Below are positions 21,114 to 28,202 of a DNA stretch of 32,000 nt, in pieces. The notes under the pieces were generated by a model. The model was not told the DNA's origin and did no database searches. It saw only the letters and a list, made by a program, of their open reading frames with translations. The DNA is taken from the NCBI RefSeq assembly GCF_000371965.1, contig NZ_AQUO01000001.1, forward strand, positions 1,359,331 to 1,391,330, written 5' to 3'. This DNA comes from Paracoccus sp. N5. Lineage in GTDB: Bacteria; Pseudomonadota; Alphaproteobacteria; Rhodobacterales; Rhodobacteraceae. The position numbers and the translations under genes are program-made. Positions within the stretch are counted from its first letter, which is position 1; each line of letters opens with the position of its first letter.

Positions 21114-21616
21114 AAGATGATGATGACCGCGTGCGCGAGCCAGACCATTTTTGGGGAATGATCCTCGAGGCGATGGGGCTGGACCCGGCAGAGGCGACGG
21201 CGCTTGGCGGGCCGGCGGATATGGCTGAAGCACGGGGCTGGCTTAAGCTGCCGCATATCACCGAAGAGCTGGTTTGCGAGCAGATCCGCGTGGTCATAGC
21301 CCGGAAAGGCGACAGGCAAATTCACTGCCTGGCCTATTTCACCCCCGAGATGCAGCGCTTGAGCGCGAGCCTCGAGGCGAGCAAGGTTCCGCTGACGCCG
21401 GCGACGCGCAGGCAGCCGGGCAGAGGCGAGGCGGTTCCGATGGCCGCGAACTCGGGCAAGGTCGATCTGGACGGGTTGGCCGCGTTGTGGGCGCCGAAGG
21501 TGGCCGGCGGAGGATATGTCCCGTCCTCGGCCATCAGCCCGGCGTTGGCGCGGCACATGCTCGAAAAGGGTCTGGTTGCACCGGCCGATCTGCGGCGCGC
21601 CGGGGTGTCGACATGA
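21065..21616 (+). CDS. Hypothetical protein of the replication-like module (start uncertain; may once have been fused to 20739..21110)
   Basis: The open frame runs from 20963, with ATG candidates at 21065 and 21158. It overlaps the upstream ORF in the -1 frame. The C-terminal part has no family I can recognise. Confidence 0.45.
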   Translation: MGSQSGTQTVLEPSLNQDDDDRVREPDHFWGMILEAMGLDPAEATALGGPADMAEARGWLKLPHITEELVCEQIRVVIARKGDRQIHCLAYFTPEMQRLSASLEASKVPLTPATRRQPGRGEAVPMAANSGKVDLDGLAALWAPKVAGGGYVPSSAISPALARHMLEKGLVAPADLRRAGVST

Positions 21617-21804
21617 GCGCTGGCGCTGCCGGCCGCAGCGAAAAGCCCCCGACCTGCCCTGTGGCGGTCGGGTTTGCGGCGCTGGAGCTGGCGCGCGGCA
21701 GAGAGCAGACGCCGCCGATGGCCTTGCGCGGCACGTCCTGCATTGCAGGCTGGACGATCACGCCGCCGGGGCTGGGGGACGCCTGGCACCCCCCCTTTTC
21801 GTAG
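21613..21804 (+). CDS. Small hypothetical protein (63 aa)
   Basis: ATGA stop-start overlap with the preceding ORF, followed by a terminator. No recognisable motif. Confidence 0.35.
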   Translation: MSAGAAGRSEKPPTCPVAVGFAALELARGREQTPPMALRGTSCIAGWTITPPGLGDAWHPPFS

Positions 21805-21863
21805 GTTCTTCCGAGGCCCCCACGCCATGCGAGGGGCGTATCCCCGCAAATATTCGCATGTGC

Positions 21864-21888
21864 GTGCCCTTTCGGGCGGCACTTTTTT
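21864..21888 (+). terminator. Rho-independent terminator ending the replication-like module
   Basis: GTGCC (21864-21868) ... GGCAC (21878-21882), followed by TTTTTT (21883-21888). It sits in an unusually AT-rich spacer. Confidence 0.7.
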
Positions 21889-22087
21889 ATTACTTCCTGG
21901 GGTGCCGCCGTGGCCAATGTGGACCTGCTGCTTGACCGGGAATATCCTTTGATTTTTCATATGGCTGACCCGGCGTCGGTCGATGGCTGGATTGCCCGCA
22001 GACGACCCCCCCATGAAATCCCGCCAGAGGAACGGCACGGGATACCCCCGTAACGTCCGGTAAGCCACCACAAGGAAAGGCTTTGCC

Positions 22088-22291
22088 ATGCTGCCGCGCC
22101 TGAAAACCACCATCGAGATCGACGGCGAGACCGCGCAACGCGTCGAGGCAGAACGCGAGCGGATCGCGGCTGAAACCGGGCTGCCGAAGGTGTCGCTCGC
22201 TTCCGTTATCGCCGCCGTCCTGCGCCGGGGGCTGCCGGCCTCGCCCTGCGACGGGGCCAAGCCGCCCATGCAGCCGCGCCGCGCTCGCTGA
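22088..22291 (+). CDS. Small ribbon-helix-helix-like protein
   Basis: 67 aa. MLPRLKTTIEIDGETAQRVEAERERIAAETG has the beta-strand/helix pattern of CopG/Arc/MetJ proteins. SD AAGGAAAGG is present. Confidence 0.5.
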   Translation: MLPRLKTTIEIDGETAQRVEAERERIAAETGLPKVSLASVIAAVLRRGLPASPCDGAKPPMQPRRAR

Positions 22292-22312
22292 TTTTTCCAG
22301 CTAGGAACCGCC

Positions 22313-23491
22313 ATGAGTTTCAAGAACAATGCCCCCTTCGACCGCAGCCAGAGCCGCAATCGCAGCGTCGTCGGGCAATACCTGACCCGCAACCAGCAGC
22401 CCGCCGAAAGCGCGGCCATGCACCTGCTGCGCCTGGCGCATGAGGAAGCCAGCCGCGTCCAGTCGCTTGGCCCGTCAACGCCGGCGGCGGCCTCGGGGCA
22501 TGCCGGCCAGGTCGCGGATACCCCGGCTATGGAGCGGCTCACCGATGCCGTCGCGCAGGCGCGCCGCGCGCTGCCGTTTGCCGAGCATGCGCCGGGCGGC
22601 GACCTCGACCGCATCATGCGTATTCCGATGCCCGCAGCGCGCATGGTTCATCTGAATATCGGAACTGACCATCTGCCCGTCTTCGATGCCCCCGCGGGCA
22701 ACCAGCCCAGCGAGGCCATGACCCTGGCCGAAAGCCTGCTGACCCATGCCCGCACCTTCCAAGCCGGCGCGCGACTGCTGATCGAGCCCAAGGGCCGCGT
22801 CATCGAGACCGGCACCGGCGTGCCCGCGCTGCAGGTGGTGCCCATGGGCCTCGAGGTGGTGCGGGCCGCGCCCTTCGCGGTGGTGACGGACCCGGATGGC
22901 GACGATGATCCGGAAAACCCCGGCACGGCCCCGCTGATCCCGCTCGATACAATTCTGGCCGGCGCACGGATCGAAAGGCCCGACGATCTGAAAAACTATG
23001 CGATCCGGGTCTCGCTGACCCGGCGCGAACAGAAAGATCGCAACGACGGCGAGTTGCTGGCCGCTCTGCTGCATTCCATCACGCTGGGTCTGGCCCAGGC
23101 GGCCGATGCCGAGCTTCTGGGCGCGATCCTGGCGGCTGATCCGGGGACGTTCAGCCTGGGCGCTGCCGCGGCCAAGGGCGTGCGCTTTCACGAACTGCGC
23201 GCCATCGTCGGCACCGATGAGCCGGTGAGCGGGTCGGATTTCGGCCCGGGCTATGGCGACCAGCCCGGCCAGCTGTTCGTGCATTCGATCCCGGCCGAGC
23301 TGTGTGCCGCTGCCGCGCGGACGGTGATCGGCGCTTTCGATCGCTTTGGTCTGGCCATCGGCGGCGATATCCGGCTGCTGATCGATCGCACCGCCGTGGA
23401 TGGCAGCCTGACTGCCACCTGCTGGTGCGCGATGAAGGCTGTCCTGCCCGATCCGGGCTTTGCCTGGCGCTTTACTCCGGAGATGCCGTGA
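22313..23491 (+). CDS. Candidate HK97-fold major capsid-like protein (divergent)
   Basis: 392 aa. The segment IRVSLTRREQKDRNDGELLAALLHSITLGLAQAADAELLGAIL and the C-terminus ..LTATCWCAMKAVLPDPGFAWRF resemble the conserved central and C-terminal patterns of phage major capsid proteins. Small coupled ORFs and a gpZ-like gene follow, matching the lambda/HK97 head-to-tail gene order. This call rests on pattern recognition only. Confidence 0.45.
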   Translation: MSFKNNAPFDRSQSRNRSVVGQYLTRNQQPAESAAMHLLRLAHEEASRVQSLGPSTPAAASGHAGQVADTPAMERLTDAVAQARRALPFAEHAPGGDLDRIMRIPMPAARMVHLNIGTDHLPVFDAPAGNQPSEAMTLAESLLTHARTFQAGARLLIEPKGRVIETGTGVPALQVVPMGLEVVRAAPFAVVTDPDGDDDPENPGTAPLIPLDTILAGARIERPDDLKNYAIRVSLTRREQKDRNDGELLAALLHSITLGLAQAADAELLGAILAADPGTFSLGAAAAKGVRFHELRAIVGTDEPVSGSDFGPGYGDQPGQLFVHSIPAELCAAAARTVIGAFDRFGLAIGGDIRLLIDRTAVDGSLTATCWCAMKAVLPDPGFAWRFTPEMP

Positions 23492-23844
23492 TGGGCCTGC
23501 GGGACTGGTTCAGCCCCCGCGGCGCGCATCGGCCCGCACCCGCGGCGCCGGGGAACATGCTGCCGGCCGAGGTCGTGGCTGTGGTGCAGGCGGCAAGCAT
23601 CCGCAACGCCAACCGCCCGGATGCCGAGGGCAGCCCGATCATCCATGTGACGGCGCCGGCGCTGGGCCGGTTCCGCTGGGTCGATCTGGACAAGGCTGCC
23701 GACCGCATTTCGGATGCCTGGCCCGAGCTGACGCCCGCCCAGTGCTTCCGCGCCGCGCAGCTGATCGAGGCGGCGGTGGGCGACGCGGCCATTGCGAGCC
23801 TGCAGCGCGGGCAACCCCGGCGCAGCTGGGTCTGGGACTGGTGA
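23491..23844 (+). CDS. Hypothetical protein (117 aa), head-tail connector position
   Basis: TGATG stop-start overlap with the capsid-like gene. Its position is that of head completion/adaptor genes. Confidence 0.5.
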   Translation: MGLRDWFSPRGAHRPAPAAPGNMLPAEVVAVVQAASIRNANRPDAEGSPIIHVTAPALGRFRWVDLDKAADRISDAWPELTPAQCFRAAQLIEAAVGDAAIASLQRGQPRRSWVWDW

Positions 23845-24017
23845 TGGCGCGCAAGCCGCTGCCCGCGTCTCTGCGCCGCCTCGCCAAGCCCACGGCCGCG
23901 CTGGCGGTCGAGAATACACCCCCGCCCAAGGGCAAGAACCCCAGCGCCCGCCGGGTTCGGCGGCTGGCGCGCAAGGGCTGGCTGATCGGCTGGCCGTTTT
24001 CCAAAGGAGTGCTGTGA
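23844..24017 (+). CDS. Small basic hypothetical protein (57 aa)
   Basis: TGATG overlaps at both ends. Lys/Arg-rich. Confidence 0.45.
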   Translation: MARKPLPASLRRLAKPTAALAVENTPPPKGKNPSARRVRRLARKGWLIGWPFSKGVL

Positions 24018-24364
24018 TGGCGACACGCTATCAGCTGACGATCATCGGGGAAGCCGCCCAGGTTGCGCCTTCCATCATCGTGGACGGGCGCGCGTTGCAG
24101 GACGGCCAGAGGGTCGAGGTTGACCTTGCCACGGCCGTGGCCCTGGTCGAGCGCGGCCTTGCTATCCCGCGCGGCAGGATCGAGATCGAGCCGGTGCTGA
24201 AACCGAAACGCGGGCAGGCTGTCATGGTCGATGGCAGGGCCTGCTTTGACGGCGACACGGTCGAGGCCGGCTGGGCCGTCGCGCATGACCTGGTCGCGCG
24301 CGGCCGTGCCCGTCTGGCCGAGGGCGTCAGGCTGCCCCGCTTCAACCCGGATGCGCGCAAATGA
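24017..24364 (+). CDS. Hypothetical protein with two copies of a ~35-aa module
   Basis: Contains IIVDGRALQDGQRVEVDLATAVALVERGLA and VMVDGRACFDGDTVEAGWAVAHDLVARGRA. TGATG overlap upstream and ATGA overlap downstream. Confidence 0.55.
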   Translation: MATRYQLTIIGEAAQVAPSIIVDGRALQDGQRVEVDLATAVALVERGLAIPRGRIEIEPVLKPKRGQAVMVDGRACFDGDTVEAGWAVAHDLVARGRARLAEGVRLPRFNPDARK

Positions 24365-24576
24365 TGTTCGAAATCGAGATCATCGGCCAGCACCGGCCAG
24401 CCTCGCCCCTGCGCCCCGCACCGCGGGCAGGGATCATCCTGCATGGTCAGGCCCGCCTTGCCGGCGAGCGCATCAGCGTGGACTGGGCGACTGCGCGGCA
24501 CCTGATCGCCAACGGCCGCGCCAAGCCCGCGCCGGGCGTGACGATCCCGCTCTTGGACCCGGAGCGGCGCCAATGA
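24361..24576 (+). CDS. Hypothetical protein with a third copy of the same module
   Basis: IILHGQARLAGERISVDWATARHLIANGRA aligns with both repeats of the preceding ORF. ATGA overlaps on both sides. Confidence 0.55.
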   Translation: MMFEIEIIGQHRPASPLRPAPRAGIILHGQARLAGERISVDWATARHLIANGRAKPAPGVTIPLLDPERRQ

Positions 24577-25172
24577 GCCGATGGAGCCGCCGTATTCCCG
24601 GCCCGCAGGTTTCCATCGAGGTCGATCTCCGCCAGGTCAAGATGGTGATTGATGAGCTGAAAAGTACCAAGGAGGAGGTCGGCGCGTCCCTATCCAAAGC
24701 ACTGCGCCGCACCGCCAGCGCCTTGCGCGTCATGTCATCCAAGCGCCTGGTTCCCGAACTTCAGCTGCGCCGCGCAATGGACCTGCGCAAACGGCTGAAA
24801 ACCATGAAGGTACGGGCCAAGGGCAAGGACGCCGAACAGGTGATTGGCTTGTGGTTCGGGCTGTCCAGGATGCCGGTCTCGGCCTTCAAGGGCCGGCCCG
24901 TACAAACCGGCAAAGGCGTGAGCTTTCAAGGCAGAGAATATAAGGGCCGATTCCTGGCAACCATGCCAGGACAGACGCATGCCGGAATGTTCCGCCGCAA
25001 GGGTCGTGCGCGTTTGCCGATTGTCGGTCAGAACGTCGAGATCAAGGATGTGGTGGACCCGATCATCGAGGATGAAATCTTCCCGAAGGCCACGGAAATA
25101 TTCATCCGGAACTTCCTGCATGATCTGAAGTGGCGTGCCAGCCAGCGGAACAAGCCTTCAGCCGGGGAATAG
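24573..25172 (+). CDS. Phage minor tail protein Z-like / tail-completion protein
   Basis: 199 aa. The layout ..ALRRTASALRVMSSKRLVPELQLRRAMDLRKRLK.., ..MPVSAFKGRPVQTGKGVSF.., ..GMFRRKGRARLPIV.. parallels lambda gpZ as I recall it. It is the last gene of the virion-type operon. Confidence 0.5.
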   Translation: MSRWSRRIPGPQVSIEVDLRQVKMVIDELKSTKEEVGASLSKALRRTASALRVMSSKRLVPELQLRRAMDLRKRLKTMKVRAKGKDAEQVIGLWFGLSRMPVSAFKGRPVQTGKGVSFQGREYKGRFLATMPGQTHAGMFRRKGRARLPIVGQNVEIKDVVDPIIEDEIFPKATEIFIRNFLHDLKWRASQRNKPSAGE

Positions 25173-25182
25173 CATCGGGATA

Positions 25183-25212
25183 CCCGGCGCGCTGTTCATG
25201 GGGCGCGCCGGG
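25183..25212 (+). terminator. GC-rich hairpin, probable terminator of the virion-type operon
   Basis: 10-bp perfect stem CCCGGCGCGC (25183-25192) / GCGCGCCGGG (25203-25212) with a 10-nt loop. It starts 11 nt after the TAG stop. No U-tract. Confidence 0.5.
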
Positions 25213-25492
25213 CAGACGGGGCGGGATGCGCCTGGCTTTTATCCATGGGCCGAAGCAACCGGGCAAGTCGGCGAGTGCCCCATAACCCCGACATGGCGCG
25301 GCCGTGGCCTTGTCGGCGCGGCGCCACAGCCCCGGTGCAGCACATGCTGGCCGGGGCTTTCTCTTTGCGCCAGCGGCGTGCCATGGCACACCTGCCATTG
25401 GCGGACGTGCGCGCCGGGTTGTTCAACCTGCAATGCAGGATGTTGCATCTCTACCACACTCCCCATTGGGGGACGTCATCAATGTGAGGGCG

Positions 25493-25512
25493 TCAGACCC
25501 CGGCCAGCTTGC
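25493..25512. repeat. 20-bp direct repeat of the brnA 3' end
   Basis: TCAGACCCCGGCCAGCTTGC is identical to 25628-25647, which covers the stop codon and last 6 codons of brnA on the minus strand. Confidence 0.8.
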
Positions 25513-25627
25513 CAGAGGTGTTCCACCGGCGGTGGACGACATCCGCGCCGGGCAGAGCGCGAACGTCCTTCATCCTCGCTTTGAGGGCGGATCATTGCGA
25601 CAACCCCCATGGGGCTCGCCAGGCGGA

Positions 25628-25870
25628 TCAGACCCCGGCCAGCTTGCGCAGGGCGTCGTCTATGCGGCTTTGCCAGCCCGGGCCGCCGGCCTTGAAATAG
25701 GCGATCACCTCGGGGCTAAGCCGGATGGTGGTGCTGACCTTGGCGTTTTCCAGCTTCGGCCGGCCGCGCTGGACCGTGGCCTTGGCGGCGCGCTTTTCCC
25801 AATAGGGCGTCGCCAGGTCGGGCGCGTCGTCGTCAAAATCGGGGGGCATAGGCTTTCTGTTCGCGGTCAT
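25628..25870 (-). CDS. brnA: BrnA-family antitoxin
   Basis: 80 aa. ..RGRPKLENAKVSTTIRLSPEVIAYFKAGGPGWQSRIDDALRK.. matches the BrnA (COG3514) signature. It overlaps the brnT 3' end. Confidence 0.8.
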   Translation of the reverse strand: MTANRKPMPPDFDDDAPDLATPYWEKRAAKATVQRGRPKLENAKVSTTIRLSPEVIAYFKAGGPGWQSRIDDALRKLAGV

Positions 25871-26105
25871 TGGCCTTCCTCATGCTGATGACGTGGGCGG
25901 TGTCGCTGCGCGGCGTCCAGACCATCACCACCATGCGGCCGCGCAGGAAGCCGATGCTGATGAGGCGGGTTTCGCCATAGTCGAAGCGATCATCCTCGAA
26001 CGTCAGTGTCGCGCCAGCCAGAACCTCGGCGCCGTCCGCTTCAAGATCGATCCCCCGCTCTGCAAGGGTCTTGGCGCGCTTCGCCGGGTCGCTGGTGCAT
26101 TTCAT
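25833..26105 (-). CDS. brnT: BrnT-family (DUF497) ribonuclease toxin
   Basis: 90 aa. DPAKRAKTLAERGIDL...DDRFDYGETRLISIGFLRGRMVVMVWTPRSDTAHVISMRKANDRE matches the BrnT pattern, including ISMRKA..E. Confidence 0.8.
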   Translation of the reverse strand: MKCTSDPAKRAKTLAERGIDLEADGAEVLAGATLTFEDDRFDYGETRLISIGFLRGRMVVMVWTPRSDTAHVISMRKANDREQKAYAPRF

Positions 26106-26153
26106 GTAGTAACAATAATTATGAGGGGCGCGGGCGTCAATATCTGTAGTAAC
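26105..26153. promoter_or_regulatory. Candidate brnTA operator: two TGTAGTAAC boxes 40 bp apart
   Basis: TGTAGTAAC at 26105-26113 (abutting the brnT start codon) and at 26145-26153, within an AT-rich 60-bp spacer. Confidence 0.4.
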
Positions 26154-26165
26154 GGAAAGTCGTGG

Positions 26166-26540
26166 TCAGGGCTTGAGGCGACGCTTGCGGCGTCTGCGCG
26201 GCAACAGAAGCTGCGGGAGGGCATGATAGCAACCCAGCCGCAAGCTTATAATCAGCGGAGGCGTCCATCCCGGTATCCAGGGTTCGGTCTCTTTGGCGGT
26301 GATCACTCCGTGCATCACATGCTCCACCTTGTTCACCGCTCCGCCGCGAACAATGAAGGCGACCCTTGCCCCCTCGACCACGCCCCACAACGCCAGCACA
26401 TCGGGACAGTAGTGGGTCAATAGCAGGGATATTTCCATGCTCTCTTGTTCCGCGTCTAGGTGCGCGGGCGGGGTGAAATCTATGATATGCCCGGCATAGC
26501 CCTTGTCAGCGACAGATAGGAACATGGTCGACAAAGGCAT
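26166..26540 (-). CDS. Hypothetical protein (124 aa), unknown function, lower-GC cargo gene
   Basis: The ORF lies 6 nt downstream of the Arc-like gene on the same strand. It has a basic C-terminal tail RRRRKRRLKP. I recognise no family. Confidence 0.45.
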   Translation of the reverse strand: MPLSTMFLSVADKGYAGHIIDFTPPAHLDAEQESMEISLLLTHYCPDVLALWGVVEGARVAFIVRGGAVNKVEHVMHGVITAKETEPWIPGWTPPLIISLRLGCYHALPQLLLPRRRRKRRLKP

Positions 26541-26546
26541 TGGCGG

Positions 26547-26945
26547 TCAGGGCTTCAGGCGCTGGGCGAGCTTGTCTGCCAGCAGGTTGGCAAAGCTCTC
26601 AATGTCATCTGCAGCCCGCAGCTTTCTCAATACCTGTCCGATCGGCATTTTCCCGACATCTGGCACCCCCTTCAGGGCATCGCCGATGCCCTCACTCTGC
26701 CGATCCAAGGCTGCTACAGGCTCCCCGCTTTCTTCATGCTTTGCCAACATATCGCCGACCGTGTTGGGGCGATCTTCGTCATGCCAATCGTAATACTTCT
26801 GGAGCGCCATCAGAATTTCTGAATGAAGGCTGCGCCCATGCAGATCAGCCTCCTCCTGAATAAACTCCTTCAAGGCCGGCGGGATGCGCAAGCCATAGGG
26901 TGCCAGGCGGGTGGGGTATTTTCGAGAGTCAGCCATAGCGGCCAT
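26547..26945 (-). CDS. Arc/MetJ-type ribbon-helix-helix regulator with a ~80-aa C-terminal extension
   Basis: YGLRIPPALKEFIQEEADLHGRSLHSEILMALQKYY is an Arc-family RHH motif. The start is uncertain (ATG 26945, 26936 or 26978). Confidence 0.65.
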   Translation of the reverse strand: MAAMADSRKYPTRLAPYGLRIPPALKEFIQEEADLHGRSLHSEILMALQKYYDWHDEDRPNTVGDMLAKHEESGEPVAALDRQSEGIGDALKGVPDVGKMPIGQVLRKLRAADDIESFANLLADKLAQRLKP

Positions 26946-27006
26946 TGGTAACCAATTTTTCCTTGACTGAAAATACATACCAATGGTAACTAACTACCAA
27001 TGGTAG
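26942..27006. promoter_or_regulatory. Divergent promoter/operator region with three CCAWTGGTA boxes
   Basis: CCATTGGTAA at 26942-26951, CCAATGGTAA at 26980-26989, and CCAATGGTAG at 26997-27006. The AT-rich spacer contains TTGACT (26963-26968). The region lies between two divergently oriented Arc-family genes. Confidence 0.55.
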
Positions 27007-27024
27007 TTGATGGAGAGCACCCAG

Positions 27025-27183
27025 ATGGAAAAATATGAGCAGATCTCGCTGCGCCTACCCGACGGTTGGCGCCGTGCGCTGAAGATCGCCGCCGCCGTGA
27101 ACGGCCGCAGCATGAACGCCGAGATCGTGCAGCGTCTGCGCCCGACCCTCGAAGCCGCCGATGCCCAGCGCCCGCAATCCTGA
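27025..27183 (+). CDS. Arc-family ribbon-helix-helix repressor (not in the supplied ORF track)
   Basis: My own translation gives MEKYEQISLRLPDGWRRALKIAAAVNGRSMNAEIVQRLRPTLEAADAQRPQS*. The motif LRLP....L...A...GRSMNAEIV..L is the Arc-domain signature. SD GGAGAG precedes ATG 27025 (alternative ATG 27010). Confidence 0.7.
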   Translation: MEKYEQISLRLPDGWRRALKIAAAVNGRSMNAEIVQRLRPTLEAADAQRPQS

Positions 27184-27253
27184 AATGAAAGCGGCCGGGC
27201 AGCGTTGCACCGCTGACACCGGCCTTGATGCCCCCGAGAAAGGACATTTCCCC

Positions 27254-27478
27254 ATGAATATCCCTGAAAATCCCTGCAAAGGCAACCTGCCGGTTTCGCC
27301 AGCGCCCCGCCGCCGGCCCGGCCAGCCCAAGCGCAAGGCCACCGAAAAGCGCGTCAGCCGCGCCGCCAGCCTGATCCAGGACCATATCGCTGTGCTGACT
27401 GCCCAGCGCATCACGCTGCCCGTCCTCGGTCTCGAGGTCGCGCTGGATGAGCTGCGCCAAATCGGGGGTGCGCAATGA
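27254..27478 (+). CDS. Small hypothetical protein (74 aa), ends ..RQIGGAQ
   Basis: SD AAAGGA upstream. The 3' end is junction cassette copy 1. The N-terminus MNIPENP parallels MNIQPNEP of ORF 31092..31313. Confidence 0.5.
   Translation: MNIPENPCKGNLPVSPAPRRRPGQPKRKATEKRVSRAASLIQDHIAVLTAQRITLPVLGLEVALDELRQIGGAQ
27461..27478 (+). repeat. Stop-start junction cassette copy 1 (ATCGGGGGTGCGCAATGA)
   Basis: 18-mer shared with 27808-27825 (identical), 28397-28414 and 28600-28617 (2 to 3 differences each), and with 31092-31109 on the minus strand. Confidence 0.85.
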
Positions 27479-27825
27479 ACCGCCGCGATCTGATCGCCCT
27501 GCCGGCCGCTGTCGCCTTCGCACCTGCGCCGGCGCTGGGCGCTGCAATCGCCCCGGTTTCCCTGCGGGCGCTGTGGCAGCATGCGAAAGCGCTGAATGAC
27601 CGCCTCGAGGCGACCGAGCGCGCCGAGGATCCGGTCGCCTGGGATGCCGGCATGGCGCAGCTCATCCATCTTCAGGACCGGATCGCCGCGGCACCGGCCT
27701 GCACGCCCGAGGCTTGGGCGATAAAGGTCTTGAGCGCCGACGATGGCGGCGCCATCGAGAATGCCAGCGATCTGGGCCGCGCCCTGGTCGAACAGGCGCG
27801 CAGCATGATCGGGGGTGCGCAATGA
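27475..27825 (+). CDS. Hypothetical protein with twin-arginine-like N-terminus (116 aa), ends ..SMIGGAQ
   Basis: MNRRDLIALPAAVAFAPAPALGAA is similar to MNRRALLKALPAAVVAGAAPAAA of ORF 30321..30674. ATGA overlaps at both ends. Confidence 0.55.
   Translation: MNRRDLIALPAAVAFAPAPALGAAIAPVSLRALWQHAKALNDRLEATERAEDPVAWDAGMAQLIHLQDRIAAAPACTPEAWAIKVLSADDGGAIENASDLGRALVEQARSMIGGAQ
27808..27825 (+). repeat. Stop-start junction cassette copy 2 (ATCGGGGGTGCGCAATGA)
   Basis: Identical to copy 1. Confidence 0.85.
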
Positions 27826-28202
27826 GCCGCCGTCCCACCGTGGCGCGTTTCTCGCTTTCCGCGTCCGCGCGCCAGCACATCGACGCCATCATGGCTACGG
27901 CACGCGACCAGATAGAAGCCGTTCTGCAACGAGAGGTGTCCCGCCTGATCGCAGATGCGCATGACGGCGCTAACCAAAAGGCTGCGCACCACCGCCCGGC
28001 GAAGCAGGAGGTTATGGCAACGCCCGCAGTCCCGCAGCCGATCTATATCCGCCCGGGCAAGGCGCAGCAGATGTTCGGCGTGCATCGCGCAACGCTATAC
28101 CGCTGGGCGAATGCCGGCCACATCACCATTCACAAGCGCGGCGCAGCGACCTTTGTCCGGCTGGACGAGGTGCGCGCCTTCATCGAAGGAAACCAGCCAT
28201 GA
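27822..28202 (+). CDS. Excisionase/AlpA-type HTH DNA-binding protein
   Basis: The C-terminal IYIRPGKAQQMFGVHRATLYRWANAGHITIHKRGAATFVRLDEVRAFIEG matches the MerR-like HTH_17/AlpA/Xis pattern. It lies upstream of int in the same operon. Confidence 0.65.
   Translation: MSRRPTVARFSLSASARQHIDAIMATARDQIEAVLQREVSRLIADAHDGANQKAAHHRPAKQEVMATPAVPQPIYIRPGKAQQMFGVHRATLYRWANAGHITIHKRGAATFVRLDEVRAFIEGNQP

Noticed and set aside
22036-22047. 10-mer CGGGATACCC shared between about 22038 and about 25175
   Set aside because: It is an isolated short match with no flanking similarity. Such pairs are expected by chance in 32 kb.
26166-26565. Shared ..RLKP* C-termini and similar ~16-17-bp DNA (GGTCAGGGCTT[G/C]AGGCG) at the 3' ends of ORF 26166..26540 and ORF 26547..26945
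   Set aside because: The match is short and imperfect, and the rest of the two proteins show no similarity. I cannot distinguish it from coincidence without statistics.
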